Source of the DNA: Candidatus Bathyarchaeota archaeon
Lineage (GTDB): Archaea; Thermoproteota; Bathyarchaeia; Bathyarchaeales; Bathycorpusculaceae
Assembly (NCBI GenBank): GCA_963702095.1
Contig: OY969706.1
Span: forward strand, 1,088,001 to 1,152,000
Length of the DNA stretch: 64,000 bases
Direction of reading: 5' to 3'
Shown here: in pieces, positions 47,814 to 58,120 of the stretch
Numbering within the stretch: the stretch's first letter is position 1
Layout: each line of letters begins with the position of its first letter
The notes under the pieces: model-generated
What the model was told of the DNA's origin: nothing
The model's database searches: none
The model's input: the letters and a program-made list of their open reading frames with translations, nothing else
Translations under genes and position numbers: made by a program

Positions 47814-50522
47814 TCTACGAGAATATACCAGAACAGCGTACAACTCATAGGCTTGGGATCAGCAGGCACCAACATAGTCGAATCTTTCCTGTTACACAGG
47901 AAAACCCGTGAACTAATAGAGAACGACTTAACCCGTCTTTCTCTTTTAGCTCTAGACATCGCTGACCCAGAAATACGTAGCCTCCAAGAAACCCACGAAC
48001 AAATTTCAAAATCCCTCATAAAAGCCGGCATCCCCCGGGAACGCTGGCGCCTCATCGCGGAATCCGTGAAATTCCCAACCGCCGAAGCCATGTTCGATTT
48101 CATCAACCAAAAATACGGTGAATACGTAGTAGGCGAAGGCTCTAAACTTGAAAACTACATTCCATGGCTGCAATCCACCATGGCGGTTCCACCTATGGCA
48201 GGAGGCGCAGGACGCAGACGTGCACTGGCAAAAGCAATCTACGCACTCAACTACTACCAGTTAGGCATCATAAGAAACTGCATCAACTCCTTCAAAGAAC
48301 AGGCGCTTTCATCCATTGTTACTCCTACTGTTGTTCTGGTTTATGGTATGGGTGGCGGCACCGGAAGCGGCATCTTCTTCGACTTTGCCCGTCACCTACG
48401 GAAAGTTATGGGTTCAGGAGTACCCCTGATAGCATTCGTGATTACGCCGTGCGGCGGAGATGACCCACCAGCCAAAGGCTGCTCTGCATTTACCGCCATG
48501 AATGAACTCTCGCTTCTGCTAAACAAAGACTACAATGAACATGTTATCAAAGAATACGGCGAAATATACCGCAACCCACTAAACGCCTTGGTCTATCTGC
48601 CTTTACTTCCCGCGTTCTCCAAAGTCGGTAACATCGTGTCCGCCCGCAAAGAAATGGATGACATGGTCGTTGACCTCCTCTATGTACTAATGGACTTCGA
48701 CTTAGCAGACCTCTTAGGCGGCATAGGCACAGAAGTCGGGTTAACAACCAACTCCGCGCACACTTTGGGCATGATTAAAGTTATGTATCCAGTGGAGGAT
48801 TACCTCACAGCCTACAAGCTAAGCTTTGAAAGCATGACGCTGCTTCAGGAATCCCGCAAAGAAAAACTTGACATCCTAAGCGAAATCAAATCAGTCATTC
48901 AAGTTGACAGTGACCTAGCAAAGGAACTCTTCAAAAACTATCTAATCAAATCCGGCACTTACAACGAGGATCAGTTTGAGGATAAGCTGAAAACCATAAT
49001 TACCAGCAACCCCCGCCTCGAAGACGACGTTGAATTACACGTTAAAGGTGTTGAAATCCAGGTGAAAAACTGGCTTGACGATATCATGAAGTACCTCTCA
49101 ACTATCAAATTGATGGGCAAGAATGGGCCAATTGAAGAATCAATCATTGACCTCACATTAATGAAGGAAGGTTCAAGAAAACTCGACAACCTTGAAATGC
49201 TCTTAACTACCCTCGCCAAGACTCACCTTGAATTCCGCGAGCGCAAAGCCGACATCGTTGAACGCTTAAACCAACTTATCCCCAGCTCACAAGTCTTCAC
49301 CTTACGCCAGAAAAAAGTTCTAGAAGACCTGGTTAACATCGCTGAGCTAGCCGAGCAATCCCTTGACATACTCAACTTCTATGATGAAACCCGCTATATC
49401 ACCGACGCCTTGGTACGCTACTACGAGGTTCTTCCTGACAGTCAATTAGAACTCGAAGACCTTCATAACATCCAAGCTGAACTGGGCACATTGTACTTGT
49501 TGATTCAGCTTATGCTTCGAACACCCGCTGACGAATCGAAAATGATCGATGAACACCTCACCTATGTCAACGAAATCTTAGGTAAGCGCATGCAGAAACG
49601 AGGTGACTTCGACAATGAAGTTATGCGTGTAGCTGAAATTAAGAAACGCAAAGAATTCGACAAAACCAAGATGGAGCGCCAAATCCGCAAGTTCCTCAGC
49701 TCCAAACGCTACGCCCGAGAACAACTATTAGGCTTAGACCGTGACCTAAGACGCATCGCCGAAGAAGAAGCTATCGCATTGGAGAACCTCGACAAGGTTG
49801 ACGAAACCATAAAACTCTACGAGAAACTCGCCAACCGCTTCCAGTTAATTTCCGAGTACCGCAAACGGCTCAACAAAATTGTAGATGCCCACAACGAATA
49901 TAAAGCTAAAATCGCAGAGATAGTTGCGCCCAAACGTTACTTTGAGAAATCCGCTGACTTGACCGAGAAGGAACAATTAAAAATCATCTTCAAAATCCTC
50001 ACCGAGCAAGAAGAAAACCTAACCAGAGAAGTCATTTACAAAGACATCCTCGACATGGAACACTTCAAAGACTACATAAAAAGCGTGGTCCGCAGCTTCA
50101 AAACCCCCAGTGTCATGGGCTACAAAAACACATACAAAACCGATTACATCTGGGTAACTGTTACGACTCCGCCGAAAATGTGGACGGAAGACATGTCACA
50201 AGAAGTCTACACTGCACTCGCCGGCTATGTAACCAGTGAAGTCAGCCGAACCATCACTGTCCGCGTTGTGGAATCACGCGATGCATGGACAACCAGAGTG
50301 CTGGTGGTTGGCGGACGCGGCCACCCCGAAGACATGGAAGCCTTTGACGAAATGCAGAACCTCTACAGCAAATCCAACGACTTCGAACGCTACCTCTCCC
50401 GCTCCTTCCTACTTGAACACGGCGTACACGCAACCAATATCATCAAGAAGATCAACCAAGAAAACGGTTACACACCGACAGCTGCCAACGGCAACGGCGG
50501 CAACAACAAACCTAAGCAGTAG
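47814..50522 (+). CDS. FtsZ/tubulin-superfamily GTPase with a long coiled-coil insertion (Tubulin_2/FtsZl1-like); start codon unresolved
   Basis: QLIGLGSAGTNIV (frame open from 47814), GGAGRRR, GMGGGTGSG, T7-like MDFDLADL. Confidence 0.85.
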   Translation, partial: STRIYQNSVQLIGLGSAGTNIVESFLLHRKTRELIENDLTRLSLLALDIADPEIRSLQETHEQISKSLIKAGIPRERWRLIAESVKFPTAEAMFDFINQKYGEYVVGEGSKLENYIPWLQSTMAVPPMAGGAGRRRALAKAIYALNYYQLGIIRNCINSFKEQALSSIVTPTVVLVYGMGGGTGSGIFFDFARHLRKVMGSGVPLIAFVITPCGGDDPPAKGCSAFTAMNELSLLLNKDYNEHVIKEYGEIYRNPLNALVYLPLLPAFSKVGNIVSARKEMDDMVVDLLYVLMDFDLADLLGGIGTEVGLTTNSAHTLGMIKVMYPVEDYLTAYKLSFESMTLLQESRKEKLDILSEIKSVIQVDSDLAKELFKNYLIKSGTYNEDQFEDKLKTIITSNPRLEDDVELHVKGVEIQVKNWLDDIMKYLSTIKLMGKNGPIEESIIDLTLMKEGSRKLDNLEMLLTTLAKTHLEFRERKADIVERLNQLIPSSQVFTLRQKKVLEDLVNIAELAEQSLDILNFYDETRYITDALVRYYEVLPDSQLELEDLHNIQAELGTLYLLIQLMLRTPADESKMIDEHLTYVNEILGKRMQKRGDFDNEVMRVAEIKKRKEFDKTKMERQIRKFLSSKRYAREQLLGLDRDLRRIAEEEAIALENLDKVDETIKLYEKLANRFQLISEYRKRLNKIVDAHNEYKAKIAEIVAPKRYFEKSADLTEKEQLKIIFKILTEQEENLTREVIYKDILDMEHFKDYIKSVVRSFKTPSVMGYKNTYKTDYIWVTVTTPPKMWTEDMSQEVYTALAGYVTSEVSRTITVRVVESRDAWTTRVLVVGGRGHPEDMEAFDEMQNLYSKSNDFERYLSRSFLLEHGVHATNIIKKINQENGYTPTAANGNGGNNKPKQ

Positions 50523-50573
50523 CAGAAGCTTCTTTTTTCTTCTGCCCCTATTTTTAGTTTTTCTTTATCATAA

Positions 50574-50710
50574 CTACTTGTAGATTACGCCACAATCAGC
50601 CTGCAACCCAGCGCAGACGTAGAACCCAAAAAGCAGCCGCCTGCAATGTCCTCTGGAAGATGATGAGTAAGGGGCACTCTGTCTTCTTCTAATGCTAGAA
50701 AAAAGCAAAC
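50574..50710 (+). repeat. Dispersed repeat D, diverged copy 3
   Basis: Colinear with 31581..31718 (CCACAA.CAGCC.GCAACCCA, CAGCCGCC, GGAAGA.GA.GAGTAAGGG, CTAGAAAAAA). Confidence 0.75.
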
Positions 50711-50728
50711 GGCAGCCTATCTGCCCTT

Positions 50729-52234
50729 TTATTCAGCTTTTTCTTCACTTTGGGCTTTTCTGGTTCGACGGGTCCTTTTGGGTTTCTGTGGCTCAGCTTC
50801 TTCAACTGGTTGCGCAGGATCCGCTGGAGGTGCTTCCTTGGGTTGTTTGGTTCTCCGTGACCTCTTCTTTTTTTCCGGTGCCGGGGGCTCGGGTTGCTCG
50901 GGTGCAACTTCGGTTTGAGGTAATGCTAAATCCATTTCTGCGGGTTCTTGAGCGGCAGTGGCTGGTGTTTCGGTCACGATTTCTGGTGATGCCTCTGTAG
51001 GCGATATTGGCTCCTCGACTGGCACTTCAATGTTCTGCAATTCAACGGTTTCGGCTGGCTGCTCAACCGCTTGAGTCTCCTCTATTGCAGGTGATTCAGG
51101 AGGCTTGACTTCTTCTTCAACTTTGAAGGGCAACTGCCAATCCTGTGTCATAAAGCCCCTCTCAACCGCTTGCCTCTTCAACCCTTCTACTTTCTTCTCC
51201 AGCCCAGCAAACATCTGTTCTGTGTCAAAGCCGCCGATGAACAGGACTGCGTCGATGCGGTCGGTTAAGTCTGTGGTGTAGATGGGTTCGGTTATGTGGA
51301 TGGATTGGAGGCTGGTTTTCTCTTTGAACCAGTTTGTGATTTCCAACTCGATTTTTGCTCTGGGAATCTTTTCCCGCAGCCCCTCAGGCATACGTAATAG
51401 CACGTAGAGCAATGAGGAACCTGAAACATCAAAATCCAAAAGAGGCTTAAGCAACGCGGTGTCGAGCATGTTCTCAAGTGAGCCGTAAACCCGGTAACTC
51501 GCCGCGGTAACCGCTAAGCAACTGAAAAATTTAACATTAAACGTCCTGGATAACTCGGCGATTTCCTGCACCAGCAACTCTTTAGACAAAAACAGGTTCA
51601 GCAAGTAATTGACCACATTGTTGCCCCTGATTTGTTGGCCTGCGCGGTCTACGCCATCAAAGCCTTCAAGTTGGTCTCTGCCCAGTAGCACAACCGTGGA
51701 GCCCTCTGTTGAGAGGCACATCTGGATTGTGGCGTATGCGTTGAAGTGGGCGTCGTTTGGCTGGATTTTTGAGGGTAAAATCGCCAGTGAAAGCGAGTCG
51801 ATGCTGTGCCGTCGGAACTTATCGATGAGGCTTGGCAGGGCGGCGCTGCCCACTCCATCCCACACTGAAGTGAAAATGATGGCGCTGTGGAGTTCTTGGG
51901 TGTGTTTCTTTTTGAGGCTATCCATAATTGCGGTGCTTCTAATCATCGTTGGCAAGACATCGTACCAGAAGTGGGTGTCGATGTCTTTGTCTTCGAAGCC
52001 CCAAACGAAGTGGGGGTTGTAGCCTCTGGGTATCCACTGGTAGATGTCATCGCTTGATTTTTCGATGAAAATCGGCAGTATGCCCACTTTGTTTACGCCT
52101 GGTTCTTTTATGAATGTTTTAATGGGGTATTCGCCTATGCAGACCATCGCTTGCTTAGGCAGCAAGGGTTTTAAGGCTTCTATATGTTTTTCAACGCTTG
52201 CTAGGATGTTAAAACTTGCTTTGCCATCCTTCAT
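50729..52234 (-). CDS. Degenerate FtsZ/tubulin-like protein with an acidic/Pro-rich then basic C-terminal tail
   Basis: MVCIGEYP (T1-like), TSVWDGVGSA (T4-like), AILPS..FNAYAT, VQEIAEL (T7-like), TALLKPLLDFDVSGS. Confidence 0.6.
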   Translation of the reverse strand: MKDGKASFNILASVEKHIEALKPLLPKQAMVCIGEYPIKTFIKEPGVNKVGILPIFIEKSSDDIYQWIPRGYNPHFVWGFEDKDIDTHFWYDVLPTMIRSTAIMDSLKKKHTQELHSAIIFTSVWDGVGSAALPSLIDKFRRHSIDSLSLAILPSKIQPNDAHFNAYATIQMCLSTEGSTVVLLGRDQLEGFDGVDRAGQQIRGNNVVNYLLNLFLSKELLVQEIAELSRTFNVKFFSCLAVTAASYRVYGSLENMLDTALLKPLLDFDVSGSSLLYVLLRMPEGLREKIPRAKIELEITNWFKEKTSLQSIHITEPIYTTDLTDRIDAVLFIGGFDTEQMFAGLEKKVEGLKRQAVERGFMTQDWQLPFKVEEEVKPPESPAIEETQAVEQPAETVELQNIEVPVEEPISPTEASPEIVTETPATAAQEPAEMDLALPQTEVAPEQPEPPAPEKKKRSRRTKQPKEAPPADPAQPVEEAEPQKPKRTRRTRKAQSEEKAE

Positions 52235-52296
52235 CCGAGGTACCTACGATACCTTTAAGAGGCGTTTAACTACAAATAAGGTTTTAGGTAGATTGC

Positions 52297-54702
52297 TTGA
52301 AGAAGCCCTCCCTACACCTTTCAGGCTTAAGCACTTGGAATAAAGATCGCAAGCAGAAAAAGAAGGAAAAAGAAGAAAGGGAACGCCAACTTGAAACTCC
52401 CATGATAAAAATCTTCACCTTCGCGATCACAGCGGTCACGATGGCGCTTGCCATGTCAATTCTGCCCCTGTTTCCTCAGCCTCTGCCTATTTTCCTCGCT
52501 ATTTTGGTTGCGTTTGCAACCTACATTAAACCCCGCTTAGGCATGCCTGTGGGCGGCTTAATCGTAGGCTTAGGCTTACTGTTTCATTTATCCCAATTGT
52601 ACTTCATATCTTTCCTAGGCGACACCCTCGCCCGGGTGGTGTTTATCGTCGTTTGGATGACGCTGTTTGTAGCTATGCCCCTATTGTTTAACCGTTACAG
52701 AAGCGCCTTAGCCATCGACTTTGGCATTTTAGCGTTTGCAGCGCTTTGTTATCAACCCCTTTTCTTCTTGGCAATACCCTTGATTTTGGCGTCGGCGGTG
52801 TACTTCAAAAAGTATGTTGGGTTAACCGTTGTCTATTATGTTCTGCTGTCTGTACCCCTACAGCTTGTCCAGTACTATCAGGAAACAGTTTTGAAAATTG
52901 TTCAATCTGACTGGTGGACTGTGCCCGGTTCAGCTCCACCGTTATTTGTTTCTCTTAACTCGATTTCCGCCAACCTCACCTCGTCGATGAGTCAGTTCCG
53001 ACTTTATGACACTTCAAAAGTGATTTATGACATCGCTGGCCAAACCACTTGGGTTCCCGATTGGGGAGGACGCACCATCAAAGATGCCCTCTCACAATAC
53101 CTTGACTCTCTACCCGGCATACTCATGTTCGTCGTCATCGTCGTTGGCTTAGCGCTTCTGATGATTTTCTTCACTCAGACAATGGTTAAATCCGGTTTAA
53201 TCGGGGCTGGCGACAGGTTTTTCCCCTGCTTCACCGCCACCATCGCAGCCGCACTCTTCTTTGTGTTGCTAAACGCTTTCCAGACCCCCTTGGCTTTCAC
53301 CGCAGACGTAAGCGCCACAACCATGGTGCTGGGCATTTTCAGTACCTTACTGCTTACCCTGCCCGTAATGTTTATGGATTACGCGCCTAAACAACGCGCA
53401 ACCAACCAAGAAATCATAGAAAAAGCCCAAGAACTCCTCGACAAAGTCACCGCTTTCGATGGGCAACTTGCCAACGTGAAAGAGAATATTCCAGTGAATG
53501 TGACTTCGCCGCAGGGAAAAACGCTTGTTCTCCTAGACGCCATCCAAGAAATAAAGAAGCGAGCGGCGGCTCACGAGTTTGTCCAGAATGAATTAGACGA
53601 AAAAATCGTCGAGTTAGACACGCTGGGCAAGGACTACGAAGCCATAGAAGCTGAACTCAACTCTATCCTCTACGAATACCAGGTTTTCTCTAACTGTGAA
53701 TTCGCCAACTGGGTTGGCAAACTCAAAATTGCAGGCTTAAACATCCAAGCCACTGTCCCGGTAGACTACCAAAAAGAAATGACTATAGACGAGCGCATTG
53801 AAGCCATAAAACAAGTCGTGGAAGCCGGGCGCTCAGTGGTCCGCGAAGTTTCAGCGATTGCAGAACCCATCTACGACATCATCCGCCCCCTCTACGACCC
53901 CTCGCTGCCCGAAAAGAGTAAAGCAGTGGAATTCGCCGCTGAAAAACTCGCAAAAAACGAAGCCCCATGGATAGCCATCGAAGCCTTCTACAATGCCCTC
54001 AACAATTGGGCACGTCAATACGGCAAAGACATCCAAGACACCATGGTTTACCTGCAGCGGTCCCTAAAACCCATCGCCTACCTAAACAGCAAAGCAGACC
54101 TTTTACCCGGGGCCTTCGGCGATAACACCGCCAAAGTATTGGATTACGCAAAGAAAGCCGACGGACTAAAGCTCCTTGCAGAGAAACGCTCAGAAAAAGA
54201 GAAGCTTGAAATCCTCGACGTAGTCAACCTAAAAGAAGACGTGTTAGGATTCATTGAAATGTCAAATGATGTACTCTCTATGCTCTACGCCAACTTGGTT
54301 AACGACGAAGACACAATCGAGCACTTGTTGCCCACTAAAGATTTCATGTGGGAGAAAAACGCCTCCTTACGCGACCGACTAGGACAAGCCAAAGACATGC
54401 TCTCCAACCCCCAGAGCTACCGCATCAACCAAATCATGGAGAGCCTGCCCAAATATCTCGGGTACGTAGACGAAGCCGTGTTGACACTGGCAGCTTATGA
54501 CGAACGCAAAGAATTCCTGCTCAACTACCCATTGGCAGAAGCAGCCATAACTGAACAGCTGAAAACCAAAGAGAAGCTGTTGCCTTCAGATTTGCCTTTC
54601 CGACCCCAATTCGCCGCAGAATACCTAAGACTCTACTATTCACAGAGATACGGCGAATACGCCTTTGACAAAGAAAACTTTGTGCTAACTAGAAGAGAAT
54701 AA
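52297..54702 (+). CDS. Polytopic membrane protein with a large helical cytoplasmic domain
   Basis: About nine TM helices in the N-terminal half, followed by ~440 aa of helical sequence. Confidence 0.75.
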   Translation: MKKPSLHLSGLSTWNKDRKQKKKEKEERERQLETPMIKIFTFAITAVTMALAMSILPLFPQPLPIFLAILVAFATYIKPRLGMPVGGLIVGLGLLFHLSQLYFISFLGDTLARVVFIVVWMTLFVAMPLLFNRYRSALAIDFGILAFAALCYQPLFFLAIPLILASAVYFKKYVGLTVVYYVLLSVPLQLVQYYQETVLKIVQSDWWTVPGSAPPLFVSLNSISANLTSSMSQFRLYDTSKVIYDIAGQTTWVPDWGGRTIKDALSQYLDSLPGILMFVVIVVGLALLMIFFTQTMVKSGLIGAGDRFFPCFTATIAAALFFVLLNAFQTPLAFTADVSATTMVLGIFSTLLLTLPVMFMDYAPKQRATNQEIIEKAQELLDKVTAFDGQLANVKENIPVNVTSPQGKTLVLLDAIQEIKKRAAAHEFVQNELDEKIVELDTLGKDYEAIEAELNSILYEYQVFSNCEFANWVGKLKIAGLNIQATVPVDYQKEMTIDERIEAIKQVVEAGRSVVREVSAIAEPIYDIIRPLYDPSLPEKSKAVEFAAEKLAKNEAPWIAIEAFYNALNNWARQYGKDIQDTMVYLQRSLKPIAYLNSKADLLPGAFGDNTAKVLDYAKKADGLKLLAEKRSEKEKLEILDVVNLKEDVLGFIEMSNDVLSMLYANLVNDEDTIEHLLPTKDFMWEKNASLRDRLGQAKDMLSNPQSYRINQIMESLPKYLGYVDEAVLTLAAYDERKEFLLNYPLAEAAITEQLKTKEKLLPSDLPFRPQFAAEYLRLYYSQRYGEYAFDKENFVLTRRE

Positions 54703-54703
54703 G

Positions 54704-54814
54704 TTAGCCGCTGCTTTTCCAACTGTTTTTTCTGTGTCTTCGTATGATGGCGAAGGTGAGTAAAGAAATCATTAAAGGTACAATCGCAAGCCAAGACAGT
54801 TCTGGAGCGGTTGG
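54704..54814 (-). pseudogene. Orphan PEL-CTERM anchor fragment
   Basis: PTAPELSWLAIVPLMISLLTFAIIRRHRK matches the C-terminus of 36173..36916, with synonymous differences. Confidence 0.65.
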
Positions 54815-54990
54815 CCGAAACAGCCAAAGGAAAACGTTGCAACCGCAAAACGCAACGCCATCCGCTTGCATTCTTGTGGCATCCCTTAAACCGTTACACC
54901 CACACAAAGAGACAAAACATGTTTGCCTTCAAACGGGTGATGCAGAGGTGGCAGAGTAACAGACTTATGGATTGTGCGCCGTAATATGGC

Positions 54991-55356
54991 GTGGTGTGTG
55001 CTGGTTTGGGTCATAAGCATGAATTAAAGAAAACCCATGTTTGCTTCGTGGAGTACGACGATGTCGATTTTGACCGTTTGGGTGACGCCCGTTATTTTGG
55101 GGAAGGCAACTCGGAAAACCGTAAACTCGAATTTGTCTTCGAGTACTGTTTGGGCTGCGATTTACGGTTGCTAAACGGCGAACCCGCATTGACCCGAGAC
55201 ATCTTAGAGACTGAATTCGAAAGGTACGTTAAAAACGCGAAAAAAGGCAACTGTAAAGCCGAAGAAGAAGTGACCCTGCAGCACAGCGATTTCGAAGTTC
55301 TCCAACGCTTAATTGGGATGGCTCTGGAGCTGGGCAAACATAAAAGCACCGTTTAA
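54991..55356 (+). CDS. Hypothetical protein
   Basis: 121-aa ORF. Confidence 0.5.
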   Translation: MVCAGLGHKHELKKTHVCFVEYDDVDFDRLGDARYFGEGNSENRKLEFVFEYCLGCDLRLLNGEPALTRDILETEFERYVKNAKKGNCKAEEEVTLQHSDFEVLQRLIGMALELGKHKSTV

Positions 55357-55540
55357 ACGCTGATTTTCTTCTGGATCTCCTCTTGCTGCTCGGGACTAAA
55401 AACTTCTTCTTTGCAACTTGGGCACCTAAGCGCCTTCACACCTTGCATCAACACGCCGTCGATTTCGCAGTCAAACTGCACCTCAACATATTCCACACAG
55501 CAGACCGGGCAAAGAAGCGCACCCGCCTTGGAGTCTGGTT
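55353..55540 (-). CDS. YgiT-type zinc-finger protein (start unclear)
   Basis: CPVC..GVKALRCPSCKEEVFS. Confidence 0.55.
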
Positions 55541-56046
55541 TACTCGGTGAATTTTCGGCGAACTTCTTGCGCCCACGCCTCAACTTTGGCTGGGTCCGTG
55601 TTGTCCAGCATGGTTTTTCCGAAGTACCGTATGCGTCCCCCAAACGCTTCTGAACCCACGAAGTTAACCTGAGGGAACTTTGCGAGGGTTTTGGTGACGA
55701 ATCGGGTTTTGGCGTTTTCGTAGCTGCCCGGTGTGCCGCCCCAAGACGAAGAGGTGAAGAATGCCACGCGTTTTCCGCCAAGATCGCTTTTGAAGAGTTT
55801 TAATGCGCCGCCGTAGATTCTGCCGCCCCTAACTCCCGCGCCCACAAGCACATTGCGGTACTGCCCCAGATCGCATACATCCTGTTTTTTGAGGTTAACC
55901 AAATCAACCTCCAACCCATACTTTGACTGCAGTGTTTTCGCCAAGATTTCCGCGGCTTCTTTGGAGGCGCCCTGCTTGGATTCATAAGCAACTAACGTTT
56001 TATTCTCAGCCATTCCCAGTTCCCTTCCCCTATCATTAGCGCTCAA
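55540..56046 (-). CDS. Flavodoxin-domain protein
   Basis: LVAYESKQGASKEAA; tandem paralog of the next gene. Confidence 0.85.
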   Translation of the reverse strand: MSANDRGRELGMAENKTLVAYESKQGASKEAAEILAKTLQSKYGLEVDLVNLKKQDVCDLGQYRNVLVGAGVRGGRIYGGALKLFKSDLGGKRVAFFTSSSWGGTPGSYENAKTRFVTKTLAKFPQVNFVGSEAFGGRIRYFGKTMLDNTDPAKVEAWAQEVRRKFTE

Positions 56047-56055
56047 GGTTATAAA

Positions 56056-56529
56056 TTACTGGGTAAATTTCTTTCCAAGTTCTTCAGCCCACGCTTCCAC
56101 ACGGCTTAAATCCGTGGTGTCAGTGACTGTTTTGCCCAGCATCTTGAAGCGTCCGCCGAATGCTTCTGTGGCTACGGGCTGTATTTTCGGGTAGTTGGCA
56201 AGTGTGTTTTCGACGAATTTGGCTTTGGCGGATGCATATTTTTCTGGGGTGCCTGCTTCGCCTGAGGATACAAAAAACGCGACCCGTTTGCCCGACAAGT
56301 CCAGTTCGAGGCATTTGAGGGCTTTACTGTAGACTTTGCCTGCTCTCACGCCGCCGCCCACAACAACGTTGCGGTAACGGTTGCAATCAGAGATTCTCTG
56401 CTTGCCCAAATCGACGATGTCAACCTCCAACTGATACTTCGAACGCAGAACATCCGCAATTTTCCTTGCCGCTTCTTCGGTGGCGCCGCTTTTAGATTCG
56501 TAAGCGATAAGGGTTCTGTTCTGGCTCAT
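56056..56529 (-). CDS. Flavodoxin-domain protein
   Basis: LIAYESKSGATEEAA..EAFGGR. Confidence 0.85.
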   Translation of the reverse strand: MSQNRTLIAYESKSGATEEAARKIADVLRSKYQLEVDIVDLGKQRISDCNRYRNVVVGGGVRAGKVYSKALKCLELDLSGKRVAFFVSSGEAGTPEKYASAKAKFVENTLANYPKIQPVATEAFGGRFKMLGKTVTDTTDLSRVEAWAEELGKKFTQ

Positions 56530-56898
56530 CTATGTACTCCCCGAACCCGACTCGATCCCAACGTGTTTGCCGCAGCTGTAGCAGAAAACCGCGCCTGTGA
56601 CGTTTTTGGCTCCGCAGTTTTGGCAGACGACTGTGCCTTCCTGGCTGGCTTGGCTGGTTTGCGCCGTGTTTTTCTGTTGGATGTTCTCGCTTGCTTTTTT
56701 GAGGGCAGCGTGGGTTTCGTGGGCTGCTATGGTGAAGGCGCGTTCTAACTCTGTTCCGACGCGGTAGAAGGCGTCTTGGAACTCATCTGAGGGATAAGCG
56801 ACTTTAGCGGTTTTTCCAGCTGGGGTCTTGGTGCCGCATTTGGGGCAGAAATTGGCGTCTTCGGCGATCTGTGCGCCGCAATGTGAACAAAAAACCAT
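56530..56898 (-). CDS. Double zinc-ribbon protein
   Basis: CSHCG..FCPKCG and CQNCG..FCYSCG. Confidence 0.8.
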   Translation of the reverse strand: MVFCSHCGAQIAEDANFCPKCGTKTPAGKTAKVAYPSDEFQDAFYRVGTELERAFTIAAHETHAALKKASENIQQKNTAQTSQASQEGTVVCQNCGAKNVTGAVFCYSCGKHVGIESGSGST

Positions 56899-56990
56899 AT
56901 TTTATCACTGCTAGGTATGCATGCTGCATCAGAATTTAAGCTTTACAGCACAGCTGCTTTGTTGCTCTGCCTCAATTCTCAGGCGCTGAA

Positions 56991-57236
56991 TGCGTAAAAC
57001 GCATGTTTCCACCGCCCTAGACCCCTCCCCTATAGGTTTCTGCATACATCTAATATTTGGATCCTGATATGTTGGTGGAAAACGCACACAGACTCCGTTT
57101 TCCGTGGCAACCGACATGTGCCCAGTGCGTTTATTCCACTGCAGTTCGGGCTTCTAGCATGACCCATTCAACGGGGCTTAGTCATCTCTTACATCCAAAC
57201 AACCCGCCCAACCGCCGCCTATAAGCAATTTTGCGC
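56991..57236. repeat. Dispersed repeat modules B then A
   Basis: Includes a 27-bp exact match CCCAACCGCCGCCTATAAGCAATTTTG (57207-57233 = 29454-29480). Confidence 0.8.
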
Positions 57237-57346
57237 CACAAAAAGTAGATTTGAACCGGCAAATCTGCACCTCCACTTGGCGCGTGCACTTTCATTTGTT
57301 GACAGCTGGGCAGAAAATTCTTAAGTAAGACCGGCGTAAGTTTAAC

Positions 57347-57577
57347 TTGGTCGAGTTGTTCCGAGTACGAGTTAAACATAAAGGCCAAGTAACCATACCC
57401 CAAGAACTCCGCACACAAATGGGCATAGAAGAAGGAGCAATCCTAGAAATCACCAAAGAAGACGACAAACTCGTACTCAAACCGCTACCACCCTTAGAAC
57501 CCCGCGAACCCGTTGGCGAAGAAGAACAAAAAAAACTCTTAGACGAACTTGACGCATTAAGGCGACGATGGCGTTGA
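57347..57577 (+). CDS. vapB: AbrB/MazE-type antitoxin
   Basis: KGQVTIPQELR; overlaps a PIN gene. Confidence 0.88.
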   Translation: MVELFRVRVKHKGQVTIPQELRTQMGIEEGAILEITKEDDKLVLKPLPPLEPREPVGEEEQKKLLDELDALRRRWR

Positions 57578-57972
57578 CAAGCATAACAGACACCCGAATG
57601 CTAATCCACTTGGAATTCCCAGCCAACCAAGAGGAAAGCGCAAAAACCAGCGAATTTTTTGAGCGAGAACTCCGAGGACACCTCCTAGCGCCAACAATAG
57701 TTCTAACCGAATTCGTGGAAGTGGCAGGCAAAAAAATAGGAAAAGATGCAGCAAAAAATCGCCTAAGAATACTGAAAGAAAAAGGAATGCAAATCATAGA
57801 CCTAGACGAAAACCACGCGCTAAACGCCGGAGAAATGCTTCTCGCCCACACAAAAGTACCTATCACAGACGCATTAATCGCTTCATACGTAAAATGCGGA
57901 GAAGCCCAATACGTACTAACCGACGATCCCCACTACCAAACCCTAAACACAAAAACAAAATGGCTACCCTAA
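57568..57972 (+). CDS. vapC: PIN-domain toxin
   Basis: ITDT, LTE, ITDALIA, LTDDPHY. Confidence 0.88.
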   Translation: MALTSITDTRMLIHLEFPANQEESAKTSEFFERELRGHLLAPTIVLTEFVEVAGKKIGKDAAKNRLRILKEKGMQIIDLDENHALNAGEMLLAHTKVPITDALIASYVKCGEAQYVLTDDPHYQTLNTKTKWLP

Positions 57973-58120
57973 ACCACATCACCGTCAACTGCATCCCGCA
58001 CTGAAAACTATCCATAAGCCAACCGTGTATCGATACAGGCTTCCCCGCAGTGATCTTTTAAAAGATGAACTTATGTTATGGGCAAATTTTTAAGTACTAC
58101 GTTGGTACTACTGAGAATAT

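Noticed and set aside
55353-55781. 142-aa ORF as annotated
   Set aside because: Its N-terminal part overlaps the flavodoxin gene in another frame. Only the zinc-finger part looks real.
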